Counted from the stretch's first letter, positions 10,824-21,468 are shown. The stretch: 57,987 nucleotides of DNA from Candidatus Thorarchaeota archaeon (GCA_046758445.1 JBHIAE010000017.1:1-57987); one strand, 5' to 3'. The notes: generated by a model not told the origin, from the sequence alone. Program-made: numbers and translations.

Positions 10824-11642
10824 ATGTCGACCAGAAAGGGGCTTCACATCGGGACATGCGGCTGGTCTTATCCAGAGTGGAAGGGAGCATTCTATACATC
10901 AAAGACACCCATGCTTCAGCAGTATTTCACATACTTCGATGTTGCGGAGATTAACGCGACGTTCTATGGCCCTCTCAAGCAGTCGTTTGTAGAGTATCTT
11001 GCGACAAGCATCCCAGATCGTGTATTCTTCACTGCAAAGATACCTCATCGAGTGACTCACAATAGCCGACTGGATCTCTCGACAGAAGCCGGTGACCTAC
11101 TGAACGAGTTCTTCTCGAAAATGAAGCCGATGCGCTCACGGTTGGATGTACTGTTGATTCAACTCCCACCATGGGACATCTGCACGTTTGCGGATGTGGA
11201 AACATTCCTCTCAGAGCTTGATCCTGCTTACAGATACGCTATGGAGTTCCGACATAGGAGTTGGCTTTCGCAGAGGGTTTGGAGTCTTCTTGAGAAGTAT
11301 GAAATCGCCCATGTCATTGTGGACGAACCACCTCTGCCTATTGACTTGAGAGTCACGACTGACTTTGTATATGTTCGTCTTCATGGACATGCTTCTAATC
11401 CTTGGTACAACTACTGCTTCAGCATAAGTGAACTTGAAGCGTGGAGAGATCGGCTCTATCAATTGAAGGCTGATAACGATTCAATATACCTGTTCTTTAA
11501 CAACCACTTCTATGGCTATGGCCCGACAAATGCGCTTCAAATGCTGAATCTGTTGGGGAATATAAACCCAAGGCAGAAGGCGAAACTTGAGCGCATGCTA
11601 CCGTTGCTATCCACGAGTCAGACCACTCTCGATGAGTTCTGA
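10824..11642 (+). CDS. DUF72 (YecE-like TIM barrel) protein with C-terminal PIP-box-like motif
   Basis: IGTCGWSYPEW, EINATFY, QLPP, EFRHRSW, YVRLHG, FFNNH; ends QTTLDEF*; start re-called to ATG 10824. Confidence 0.9.
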   Translation: MSTRKGLHIGTCGWSYPEWKGAFYTSKTPMLQQYFTYFDVAEINATFYGPLKQSFVEYLATSIPDRVFFTAKIPHRVTHNSRLDLSTEAGDLLNEFFSKMKPMRSRLDVLLIQLPPWDICTFADVETFLSELDPAYRYAMEFRHRSWLSQRVWSLLEKYEIAHVIVDEPPLPIDLRVTTDFVYVRLHGHASNPWYNYCFSISELEAWRDRLYQLKADNDSIYLFFNNHFYGYGPTNALQMLNLLGNINPRQKAKLERMLPLLSTSQTTLDEF

Positions 11643-11719
11643 AGGACGTCGGGGTTTCACCTCTCTGACCGGCTTCTGACCACAATTCATATGATGCGTT
11701 CCTAAACACACTATCAACA

Positions 11720-12508
11720 ATGTGGATCAACCCTGATGAAATCATTAAGAAACTGGATATGAAAGGCATCGAGGTCCGGTTAGCGTACTTTGACGAGGTT
11801 GACTCCACCAACAATGTCGCAAAGTCCTTCATACAAGACGGTGTAACGGATGGACTCGTAGTTATATCAGCAACTCAAACTGCTGGTCGAGGTCGATTTC
11901 TGAGAAGCTGGGTTTCTCCACCGGGAGGGCTCTATACTTCACTTGTTGTCAAACCTATCCTCTCACCTGCAGACATGCCACCCCTTGGGATTCTGGCAGG
12001 ATGTTCGACCGCAGCTGCAGTTCGATCAACCTGCTCGTTAGATGTTCACCTAAAGTGGCCAAACGATATCCTTGTTGATGAGAAGAAGGTTGGCGGGATT
12101 CTAAGCGAGTCGATAATTGAGGAGGACCAAGTGGTTTCGGTAATACTTGGTATCGGCATAAATGTGAATCTCGAACTGGATGATTATCCAGAAGATCTGA
12201 GAAACGGGATGACCACAATTCTTCATGAAACAGGTCAGGAAACATCAATTGAAGAGCTCGCCGCATCACTTCTTGGAGAAACCTATTCAAGAATATCGGA
12301 GGTGGAGGCGCGGCAGACCTTCTTGCCTGTGCTCTCGGAGTATAAGAAAGTCTGTAATACCCTCGGTCGGCGAGTGATTGTGGAACAGACGGACGCTACT
12401 CTAGAAGGGACTGCGTTGGACGTTGACGAATCGGGGGCTTTAGTCTTGGAAACGGGCGAAGGTATAGAGATCGTTTCGGCTGGCGATGTTCAACATCTTC
12501 ATTCCTAA
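11720..12508 (+). CDS. birA: Biotin--protein ligase (no N-terminal HTH)
   Basis: DSTN, QTAGRGR..RSWVSPPGG, KWPNDI, KKVGGIL, GIGINVN. Confidence 0.95.
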   Translation: MWINPDEIIKKLDMKGIEVRLAYFDEVDSTNNVAKSFIQDGVTDGLVVISATQTAGRGRFLRSWVSPPGGLYTSLVVKPILSPADMPPLGILAGCSTAAAVRSTCSLDVHLKWPNDILVDEKKVGGILSESIIEEDQVVSVILGIGINVNLELDDYPEDLRNGMTTILHETGQETSIEELAASLLGETYSRISEVEARQTFLPVLSEYKKVCNTLGRRVIVEQTDATLEGTALDVDESGALVLETGEGIEIVSAGDVQHLHS

Positions 12509-12580
12509 GGGCTCGGTCACGATTCAGCACACCTCAACACATAAGATGGAACACTCGCTCAAACTCATCGGAGTCTAGCC

Positions 12581-13441
12581 TTGAGACCAACTGTAGTCAA
12601 GATTGAGCCAGACATGTTGCCGGAGATTCTGAACCGTCTACTAAAGAGCAAGTGCACATCGGAGATCGCGACCACCAACGAGTATGAGAGGTTCAGGCTC
12701 AAATGCAACGGAGGTACTGTTGTAGGATACACGAGTGGAAAGATAGTAGCCACCGGTCAGTCATGCGAAGCTCTTCTCCAGGGCACTATTCGGGAAATGG
12801 ACTTCGGCGATGCCGCACACGGCCTGACAATCGGTTCAGACGAAGCAGGTAAAGGGGAGTGGCTAGGACCTCTTACAGTTTCTGCAGTGGGACTAACGCC
12901 CAAGCAGGCCACGGACTTGAGGGCTCTTGGAGTCATGGACAGCAAAGACCTCTCGTCGAGCCGGATTGCAGATTTGGCCCAAGAGATAGAGGACCATTGC
13001 GAGGCAATGTACACAGTCCTAATCTCGCCTCCAACATTCAATGAACGTTTCGAGGAACTGCGCAGAGAGGGAAAGAATCTGAATGACCTGCTGGCCTGGG
13101 CCCACGCGAAGGCTGTATCTGAAGTCTATGATCTGCTAAGGCCCAGCGAGGACTCAGAAGTTAGGGTCGTAATAGATGAGTTCTCAAGGCTCAAGACCAA
13201 GATTCGACTTCACCGTGTTCTAGATTTGGACTCTCTTGACCTTGTACAGAAACCTCGAGCAGAGGACGTAATCTCAGTCGCCGCTGCAAGTATCATTGCC
13301 AAGGATGCACGTGAGAGCTGGATTGAGTCTGCATCGAACCGCCTTGGTGTTGACCTTCGATTGTTGAACCCTGATGAAGCCCATCGACGTGATGACTTGA
13401 ACCAGTTCGCCAAGACGAGTTATCTTCGGAACCGAAACTGA
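12581..13441 (+). CDS. rnhC: Ribonuclease HIII (N-terminal TBP-like domain plus RNase H fold)
   Basis: VVGYTSGKIVATG TBP-like segment; IGSDEAGKGEWLGP, GVMDSKDL, VVIDEF, VAAASIIAK. Confidence 0.85.
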   Translation: MRPTVVKIEPDMLPEILNRLLKSKCTSEIATTNEYERFRLKCNGGTVVGYTSGKIVATGQSCEALLQGTIREMDFGDAAHGLTIGSDEAGKGEWLGPLTVSAVGLTPKQATDLRALGVMDSKDLSSSRIADLAQEIEDHCEAMYTVLISPPTFNERFEELRREGKNLNDLLAWAHAKAVSEVYDLLRPSEDSEVRVVIDEFSRLKTKIRLHRVLDLDSLDLVQKPRAEDVISVAAASIIAKDARESWIESASNRLGVDLRLLNPDEAHRRDDLNQFAKTSYLRNRN

Positions 13442-13498
13442 AGATATCTTCCTAGTGGCGCTTTCGAAACCTCAAATCTTTGGGCGGTCACTATGACT

Positions 13499-13580
13499 AG
13501 AGTTTGAGGTCTCTAGTAACCTCAAACTCTCTCGTCCAACTATAGTCGGTCCTTGGTCTCGATTTCTAGTCGAGACAAGG
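13499..13580. repeat. Two tandem inverted repeats (hairpins)
   Basis: AGAGTTTGAGGT (13499-13510)/ACCTCAAACTCT (13519-13530) perfect 12 bp; CCTTGGTCTCGA/TCGAGACAAGG (13551-13580) with one bulge; both loops contain TCTAG. Confidence 0.7.
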
Positions 13581-13592
13581 GGCAGTATCATC

Positions 13593-13900
13593 AAAGGTGA
13601 GAAGATATCGACACTGCCCATTGATGTATTCAGGATATCCATACCGTTACTAGTATACTTCCTGCTCATGTTCTTCGTTTCTTTCGCCGTTCATTTGGTT
13701 TCAGATTCAACTACGAAAAGAACGTCACAATCTCGTTTGCTGCCGCCAGCAACAACCTCGAACTGGCTATTGCGGTGGCAATTGGCGTCTTCGGCATTGA
13801 TTCGGGCTAGGCATTGGCCGCGGTGGTTAGACCATTGATATAGGTCCCGGTCCTGATTGACTTAGCCTATGTTGCAATACGGCTGGGCAAGAAGATGTAA
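13593..13900 (+). pseudogene. acr3: 3' fragment of ACR3 arsenite efflux transporter, disrupted
   Basis: [31 protein letters not shown] / frameshift near 13690 / [62 protein letters not shown]; TAG at 13808 and 13841; 5' portion absent. Confidence 0.88.
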
Positions 13901-13942
13901 GGAAGGTCTGTTGACGAGCTTGTTGCGAAAGCCATATGACTG

Positions 13943-16900
13943 CTAGGGCGTGGGTCTGGGAAACCACAGATTGAATCTTGCTCCTTTCTCTGGCTCACCT
14001 TTTACCCTGTCAGAAACCTCCATGATACCACCATATTTGGCGAGGATTCTTCTTGCTTGGTGGAGTCCCAATCCTCCATAACGCCGATCCTGATCAAACA
14101 GAGATGACTTCTTTGCATCATCAATACCTGTGCCGTTATCTGCTATCGACACTTCGTAGCCTCCCTCCCCTTCCTTCAATGTCACCCAGACGCGCTTTGT
14201 TTCTGCAGGATTATGAAGGATCGCATTTTCAAGCACATTTGTGAGAAGATGTCCGACATACTCGTCTGCTTTCACATTCGCTTCGTCCACGTGATACGCT
14301 ACTTCGGCGACAACATTCTCATGCCTAAACGAAAGAGCTCCAATAGATGCCACAAGCGCGTCCTTCAATGAGGTTATCTGTAGGGGTGCGCTGAAGAGTC
14401 CTCTTGTCGCATGAGCTTTGTCAATCAGAGCTTCGGCGGTTTCGACAAGGTCCATAATCCTCTCTATCGCTCCAAAGGCATCAGGTCGAGTTTCATCAAA
14501 CTGCAAGAGCTCAACGGCCATTTGGATTCCCTGGAGCTTATTGCGCATGTCGTGACCCAAGAGATCTAGGTATAGCATTGAAGTTTCAGCAGCTGTCTTG
14601 AGCTCAATCTCCGCTCTCTCCCGTTCTTTCTCGGCTATCACACGCTCTGAAATATCAACGATTGTGGCCTGGAGGGCAATACTGTCCTCATATTCGATTC
14701 TGTGCCCCATCGCTTCGACCCAGACCATCTTACCATCACTCCGAATCACTCTCATTACTATTGGGTGATCGAGTGGAGGCTCGCCGCCAAGAACATGACT
14801 GAAGAGGTCGATAATAGATTCGTAATCGTCTGGATGGATCAAGCCCTCAATATCCTTATCGGACATAGACAGCAGCTTAGAGAGTGGATGACCCGAAATC
14901 CGGACCATAGCGTTGTTTGCAAAGACTATCTCTATTGGAAGTCCCCGGACTATGACGATGCCAAGAGGTGATTGCTCTACTAGCTGTCTGTACTTGGCTT
15001 CAGACTCTCTGAGAGCACGTTCAGACCTCATGCGCTCAGTCACGTCTATGTCCATGACCTGCATGGCTGGTCTACCTTCGTGCATTATCTGTCGCACGAA
15101 TGACTCCACATATCTTATGGAACCGTCCTCACCCAGGTATCGGAACTTGTGACGAGGTGTTACAGAGGTCCCAGCCGCTATAGCTTCATTTCTTCTTTCA
15201 AGCTCATCACGATCATCAGGATGTATGAGATTCCATACGTCATCTGCTGAGAATTGCAGCAGGTCTTCAACCGAATAACCTAGTGTTTCAGCAAAGGTGG
15301 GATTCACGTACATGTATCGTCCATCCTGAATCACGGCTAGACCTTGAAGTGACTCCTCCACGAGTTTGCGATATCTTTCCTCCGAATGACGCAGTTCTTG
15401 CTCAGCCCTAATCCTGTCCGTTACATCATCAATAGCCATCTGAATCGCATTATTGCCCTGATACTCAACTCGCCGACCTAGAACGGCGACGACGCGTACT
15501 TCGCCACTTGGACGGACTATTCTGAATTCGCGTGGCACGTCGCCCGGTGGACTCCCACTCATGAGATCCACAAATCGTGTCAACAATTCTTCAAAGTCGT
15601 CTGGATGGATTACTCTCTGAACTTCCTCTGGTGTCATTTGTTCTACGTCCTCAGGGTCCATCTCCAATATGGCACCAAGAGCACGATTCGCAAAGGGAAT
15701 TCTCAGAGGAGGTCCTTCGACTATTGCGATTCCTTGAGTGTATTGCTCCACAAGCTGCTTGTATTTCATTTCTGAGTCTTTGAGCGCCATTTCGGCGATA
15801 CGGGCCTCACTCACATCGCGGATGATAGTAAGGACCTGTTCTACTTGCCCCTCTTTGACTATGGGTACTTTCGTTACTTCAGTGAATATCTCCCTCCCAC
15901 CCAAAAGAGTTCTCTCCTCCGAAACAAGTGTTTCTCCACTTTGAAAGACTGCTTCGTATTCATCAAAAACGTTCTCAGGAAGGAAGGAGAATATGTCATC
16001 AAGCCTGCGCCCCACTATTTCTTGATCTAGGTCTAACTCCTCGAGCCAGTTCTCTAGAACGGGATTGCACAGTAATATCCTGAAATCACAATCGACGACA
16101 TGAATTGGGTCACCGATGGCCAGAAGTGTGGTCCTGTACTGTTCTTCTGATTCTCTCAATGCGCTCTCCGCACGGTCAATATCAGTGACGTCAAATGCAA
16201 CTCCACCAAGCAAAATGGGCTTTCCTTCCCTTCTGATTGGGAATTTCGACGTTCGGTAGGAGTTCAGATTCCCATGCTGATCTGGCACTCTCTGGAGAAA
16301 CTGCACAGGGCCCTCAAGTAACGCTCTGGCGTCATCTTCAAGCATTCTCTCAGCGTACTCCTTCGGGAACAGCTCAAGGGTGTTCTTCCCTGCCCAGTCA
16401 TCTCTTCCAAACCTTTCTCTCATGAAGCTGTTTGCATAGAGCATGTTTGATTTCTCATCCTTTATGAAGACAGGTCCTGGGATGTTCCGCGAATAGTGCG
16501 AATCTCTCTTCACTCTCTCTTAGGTCATTAACAACTTCTACGCGGTCTGTAACGTTTCTGAGAAGTGTTTGAAAGCCCCTAAACTTGCCATCCTTCACTA
16601 GGACTGTGTTTGTAACATGGAAGTGAATGATAGAGCCATCTTTCCGAACCCCTCTTGCCTCGATACCTCCTGGAAGTGTTTCAAGGCGGTCGCGACTCTC
16701 GCCAAACGCATGGAATATTGCCGGCAAGTCATCTGGGTGCAGCAGCACACCGAAGTTCCTCCCCTCGAGTTCAGACACCGAGTATCCAAAGATCTCGGCT
16801 CCCTTTGCCGTAGAGATCGTGATGATCCCGTCTTCATCAGTCTGAAATACGCCATCTGCAAGATTCTCAAACACTAACCTGTAACGTGCCTCGTCTTCCG

Positions 16901-17291
16901 TTAGGGGTTGGTCCGTAGTGGGTTGGGCATTGATAACAATGAATCCCCATCTCGTTTCATTTCTTGGATCGGCAACTGATCCAACTTGCACAGTAGTTGG
17001 AACCAAGTTCCCGTTTCTTGCCACCCAGTCAATTTCGAGCGACGATACATGATCGTCCAAGGACTTCCTAATGGTTGCTTCGAGAATCTCTTTCGAACTC
17101 TCATGAACGAATTCAGTTAGAGAATGGCTTAGAATGTCCGTCTTTGAGTATCCTATCATTTCAGTGAATAGCGTATTCACATGATATACCGCAAGACGCT
17201 CATCTAGCACAAGGAATCCATCACTGATGAGGTCTGAGAGGAATCTACATGAGAGCATCTCAGACCAAGGCTCACTCTGCATTATGCGCAC
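13943..17291 (-). CDS. Cytoplasmic multi-PAS (about 7) sensor histidine kinase, split by one frameshift near 16486 (ORFs 16455-17291 and 13943-16513)
   Basis: Repeated PAS/PAC units with D(V/I)(T/S)(D/E)R..ESE.RY linkers; HisKA LLGHDMRNKL; HATPase NVLENAILHN, DNGTGI, GGLGL; ESEERFALFA joins NIPGPVFIKD across frames. Confidence 0.88.
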
Positions 17292-17459
17292 TCCGTCCCG
17301 AAGAGTAACCTGTCAAGGCGTCTTCGGTAACATTACTCGTAGAACCTGACTTACGATGAGTTGCTCATCGATAGTCCCAATGAATACGTGAGCTTTCCAA
17401 GGCTTTTTGTTGTTCTTAGCATGAATTCAATCGGGATACTCAGTGTGGTAGGGTCCCTT

Positions 17460-18221
17460 TCATCCTGGAGTCAGCAACTCTGGCCGCCTGATTGTCCTAC
17501 CGAGCATCCTACGGTCATAGAATGGGGCTTGGCGATTGAGACACGCGGCCACGATGCATCTAGAGCATACGAATCTAATCACCTGATCAAGCGTTGGGCT
17601 CTCGCCGAGACTTCGTTTCAACTCCTTTGAATCCGCCCCGAAGAAAACAGCTTTCTTGGCTGCCACTGATTCAAAGACAAGGGTGTTCAGAGTAGTCAAG
17701 AATGCCCGCACATCTTCATTCTTCTTCCACAGACGTATTATCAGAGCCATCGTGGCCGCCAAATCACACGGCAGTTCATAGTGCTGTGGCTTCCAGCGCT
17801 TCTCGAAGCCATCTTCTACTATTCCGACCTCCCACATGGGAAACTGTTCGAGGCCGTCGGGTTTCTCGTGATTCATTATCTCCTCGACAATCTTTCCGCC
17901 TTTTCGCTCTCTTCCGTACCATATGGGCATTCCTCGAGGGACATGAGACGTGCGGCCGCAGAAAGTGTACCAACCCTTTGTTGGCTCGCTTGCTAGGAGG
18001 TCTAGTACACGTTGAGTGTTGTCTAAGGGCTTGTCTAGGACATGGGCAGGCACCCAGGCTGAGTGCCTCTCGCATCTGTGTTGCCCGCAAAGGGCACAGG
18101 GAAATGTGACCTCATCTGCCTTGGACACGCCTAGGCTCTCGCATTCAGCACATTGAAACAATACTATCTCATCCGCGTTCCGTGGTGCATCGTTGTCACA
18201 GAATTGTGAGTGTCGGTCCAC
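17460..18221 (-). CDS. Hypothetical Cys/His-rich zinc-binding protein
   Basis: CAEC..CALCGQHRCERH N-terminal cluster, FCGR..H, C-terminal CSRC...C. Confidence 0.6.
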   Translation of the reverse strand: MDRHSQFCDNDAPRNADEIVLFQCAECESLGVSKADEVTFPCALCGQHRCERHSAWVPAHVLDKPLDNTQRVLDLLASEPTKGWYTFCGRTSHVPRGMPIWYGRERKGGKIVEEIMNHEKPDGLEQFPMWEVGIVEDGFEKRWKPQHYELPCDLAATMALIIRLWKKNEDVRAFLTTLNTLVFESVAAKKAVFFGADSKELKRSLGESPTLDQVIRFVCSRCIVAACLNRQAPFYDRRMLGRTIRRPELLTPG

Positions 18222-18249
18222 ATAAGCATGGCGTTAATCTGCGTCCGAA

Positions 18250-19644
18250 TCAGCTTGGCTCAACATGAACGAATACGAAACCAACCTCTGGAAACGCTTC
18301 CCTGATTACCTTCTCGACCCTCTCTGCGACATCATGACTGTCTACAAGTGACATGTTCGCGTCGACACGACAGTCTAGTGATACTGTCAGACCCAAACCG
18401 TCCCGCGCGATGTTCACATTGTGGCAGTCATGTGCATGAGTCCTTTCGTCTACCAAGAGCTTGATCTCTTCAACGATGCGTTCACTCCCACTGGTGACGT
18501 CTTCTGCCTGACTCTTCTCTCGCTCCACGTCCATGTGTAGTGAAACCCTCTTGACGTTGGGGACCCTTTCCTGAATTCTTCGTTCTAGCTGCTCTGAGAT
18601 TGCGTGTGCGGCTCCGATTGTCATTTCCGGTTGCATCTCTAGATCTGCAGCGATATGCGTGCCATCCTCCATCATCTGTATTCGCACTTTGTGAATACCC
18701 AAGATTCTCACTTCTCTTCGGACAAGATCCTGAAGCAGGCCATACACGTCTAGATCGACCCTCTCCTTGTCAACCTGAGTGACAGGCTCAACGTGCACCA
18801 TGCAGTCCACTCGCTGTCCCAGACCTAGAAGTGCTCTCTCGACCCTATCGGCCACATGATGAGCCTCATCAACGGACGTGTTCTCTTCCACAGCAATGAC
18901 GACGTCTAGGAACAGATCCGGACCAGCTTGCCGTGCCCTTACTTTTCTGCACTCAACGACGCCATGGATGTTACTGCAAATCTTTTCAATCTCATCGTAG
19001 ATTCCGCTGGGGGCTGCATCGAGCAACACATCGAAGGCCCGTTTCGCGAGCTTTAAGGATACAAACAGTATGACCAAAGCAACACCGATTGCAGATATAG
19101 GATCAGCAATCGGAACTCCAAAGAAGACAAAGATCAGTCCGATCAAAACAACGATGGAGCTCAGTGCATCAGTGACGAAATGGAGTCCATCAGCCTCAAG
19201 CGCCTGGCTTCCATGCTTCTCAGCAGTAGAATAGAGAACCCGAGCACGCTCAAAGTTCACGACAATGCTTATCGTCATCACAACGATGCCTGCCAAAGTC
19301 GGCTCAGGCCATTCCTCAAGTCCTATCACCCTCACAGCTTCCCAGATTATCCAGCCAGCCGTGATCCAGAGTAAAACAGTCTGTACAAATGCAGCGAAGT
19401 TCTCGATCTTCCCGTGACCATAGTGATGTTCAGGGTCGGGAACTGCTGAAGCTTGGCGGACTGCCACAACGGTGATACCGGCAGCAAGAAGATCAAGGAG
19501 GCTATGTAGGGCCTCCGATATGACGCCAAGTGAGCCGCTTACGATTCCAACGATGATCTTGAGGACTGTCAAGGCTGCAGCTGCAGCCAAGGAGATGAGT
19601 GCTACTCGATTCACTTCTGTTCTGCGCACGCTAGCTGTTTCCAT
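18250..19644 (-). CDS. Cation diffusion facilitator (FieF-like) with three tandem C-terminal dimerisation domains
   Basis: SEALHSLLD, PDPEHHYGHGKIE, ADGLHFVTD; three H..AE..E...VH(V/M)(E/D) repeats. Confidence 0.92.
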   Translation of the reverse strand: METASVRRTEVNRVALISLAAAAALTVLKIIVGIVSGSLGVISEALHSLLDLLAAGITVVAVRQASAVPDPEHHYGHGKIENFAAFVQTVLLWITAGWIIWEAVRVIGLEEWPEPTLAGIVVMTISIVVNFERARVLYSTAEKHGSQALEADGLHFVTDALSSIVVLIGLIFVFFGVPIADPISAIGVALVILFVSLKLAKRAFDVLLDAAPSGIYDEIEKICSNIHGVVECRKVRARQAGPDLFLDVVIAVEENTSVDEAHHVADRVERALLGLGQRVDCMVHVEPVTQVDKERVDLDVYGLLQDLVRREVRILGIHKVRIQMMEDGTHIAADLEMQPEMTIGAAHAISEQLERRIQERVPNVKRVSLHMDVEREKSQAEDVTSGSERIVEEIKLLVDERTHAHDCHNVNIARDGLGLTVSLDCRVDANMSLVDSHDVAERVEKVIREAFPEVGFVFVHVEPS

Positions 19645-19799
19645 GACTGTCCCGTGGGCGCGCCTCAACTTCGTTTGCCTTTAAGGATTCTCATGTGTGG
19701 TTAGATTCGATGGGATATTGATGCTTCAGTTGGCATCAGAACATTCAATACGTCGATTTGGGGACCATCCAAACCTGATTGTAGTAGGAGTCCTCCGCT

Positions 19800-21347
19800 A
19801 TGTCAAAGAAGAAGTTCAAGGAGCTTGAGAAGCTGCGTGAGGAGGCGAAGCTTGGTGGCGGTGAGGAACGCATCAAGAGGGAACATGATCGTGGTAGACT
19901 CACAGCACGGGAGCGAATCCACAAGCTTGTTGATGCAGATTCCTTTATAGAGATAGACGAGTTCGTGGTTCATAGAGAAACTGACTTTGGTATGGATGAG
20001 AAGAAGATTCTTGGAGAAGGGGTCGTCACTGGATACGGCACAATCAACGGACGTAAGGTCTTCATCTTTAGTCAGGACTTCACTGTCTTTGGTGGTTCGC
20101 TTTCAGAGATGTATGGAGAGAAGATTGTCAAGATTATGGAGCTTGCGATGTCAACTGGTGCCCCTCTCATAGGTCTGAATTCCGGGGCAGGTGCTCGCGT
20201 CCAAGAAGGAATCAAGAGCTTGGTTGCTTATTGTAGAATCTTCAAATTGAACACGTTGGCGAGCGGTGTCATTCCTCAGATTTCTGCGATAATGGGGCCC
20301 TGTGCAGGCGGCGCAGTATATAGTCCAGCTGTAACAGATTTCACCCTAATGGTGAAGGGGATTGCTCATATGTTCATCACCGGACCAGATGTCATCAAGA
20401 CAGTCACGGGAGAAGAAGTCACTTTCGAGGAACTTGGAGGGGCAATGACTCATAATACAAGGAGTGGTGTTGCTCAGTTTGCGAGCGAAGATGAGGACCA
20501 CTGTTTTCATCAAATCAAGACACTTCTTAGTTACATCCCAAACAACAACCTAGAAGATCCTCCGCGTGTTGAAACTGGCCACGCACCTGAGGATTTCGAC
20601 GAGAGCATCGATGAACTTGTTCCTGATGATCCGAACAAGCCCTATGATATGCGAGATGTTGTCACAAAACTAGCTGATAATGGAGAATTCTTCGAGGTCC
20701 ATGAGCACTGGGCGAAGAACATGATTACCGGATTCGCTCGATTTGGCGGGCGCTCCGTTGGAATTGTGGGTAATAACCCTGCACATCTCGCAGGCACAAT
20801 CGACATCAACGCATCAGACAAATGTGCTCGTTTTGTGAGATTCTGCGACGCCTTCAACATACCGATTATCACGTTCATGGATGTACCTGGGTATCTCCCT
20901 GGGACGGCGCAGGAATGGGGTGGCATCATCCGTCACGGTGCAAAAATCCTGTATGCCTTTGCGGAAGCAACGGTGCCCATGATCACAATCGTCACGAGGA
21001 AGGGGTATGGCGGGGCTTTCGATGTTATGGCCTCCAAGCATATTGGAGCTGACTTGGTTTACGCATGGCCAGGTGCTGAGATTGCAGTCATGGGGCCTGA
21101 CGGAGCTATCAACATCATCTTCCGTAAGGAGATTGAGAAGGCAAAGGACAAGGAGAAGAAACGTGCGAAATTGGTGAAGGAATACAGAGAGAAGTTCGCC
21201 AATCCCTATGTAGCGGCGGGCTTAGGCTACATCGACAAGGTGATTTTCCCTCATGAAACTCGACAGCTGATATGCACTGGTCTTGAAGTCCTCGCCAGTA
21301 AGCGCAAGAGCAGACCTCCTAAGAAGCATGGGAATATCCCACTTTAG
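19800..21347 (+). CDS. Acyl-CoA carboxyltransferase (PccB / MmdA / transcarboxylase 12S type)
   Basis: GRLTARERI, QDFTVFGGSL, GARVQEG, GPCAGGAVYSPA, DVPGYLPG, GIIRHGAK, KKHGNIPL. Confidence 0.95.
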   Translation: MSKKKFKELEKLREEAKLGGGEERIKREHDRGRLTARERIHKLVDADSFIEIDEFVVHRETDFGMDEKKILGEGVVTGYGTINGRKVFIFSQDFTVFGGSLSEMYGEKIVKIMELAMSTGAPLIGLNSGAGARVQEGIKSLVAYCRIFKLNTLASGVIPQISAIMGPCAGGAVYSPAVTDFTLMVKGIAHMFITGPDVIKTVTGEEVTFEELGGAMTHNTRSGVAQFASEDEDHCFHQIKTLLSYIPNNNLEDPPRVETGHAPEDFDESIDELVPDDPNKPYDMRDVVTKLADNGEFFEVHEHWAKNMITGFARFGGRSVGIVGNNPAHLAGTIDINASDKCARFVRFCDAFNIPIITFMDVPGYLPGTAQEWGGIIRHGAKILYAFAEATVPMITIVTRKGYGGAFDVMASKHIGADLVYAWPGAEIAVMGPDGAINIIFRKEIEKAKDKEKKRAKLVKEYREKFANPYVAAGLGYIDKVIFPHETRQLICTGLEVLASKRKSRPPKKHGNIPL

Positions 21348-21468
21348 GCAATACCCAGTTGACCGCCTTGATGATCTCGAGTAAGCATGGTGGCTAATGT
21401 TCCTACGCACAGATGGTTGAAACATCCGAACCTATTTATCTGAGCCAGGATAGGCCCTTCCAGGAGGA

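Noticed and set aside
10725-10847. N-terminal extensions that make SRAP and DUF72 overlap in the ORF track
   Set aside because: SRAP needs Cys at position 2, so the true starts are 10724 and about 10824 and there is no overlap.
13808-13843. Pyrrolysine/TAG readthrough in acr3
   Set aside because: Accompanied by a frameshift and 5' truncation, so decay is the simpler explanation. I saw no convincing in-frame TGA selenoprotein candidate either.
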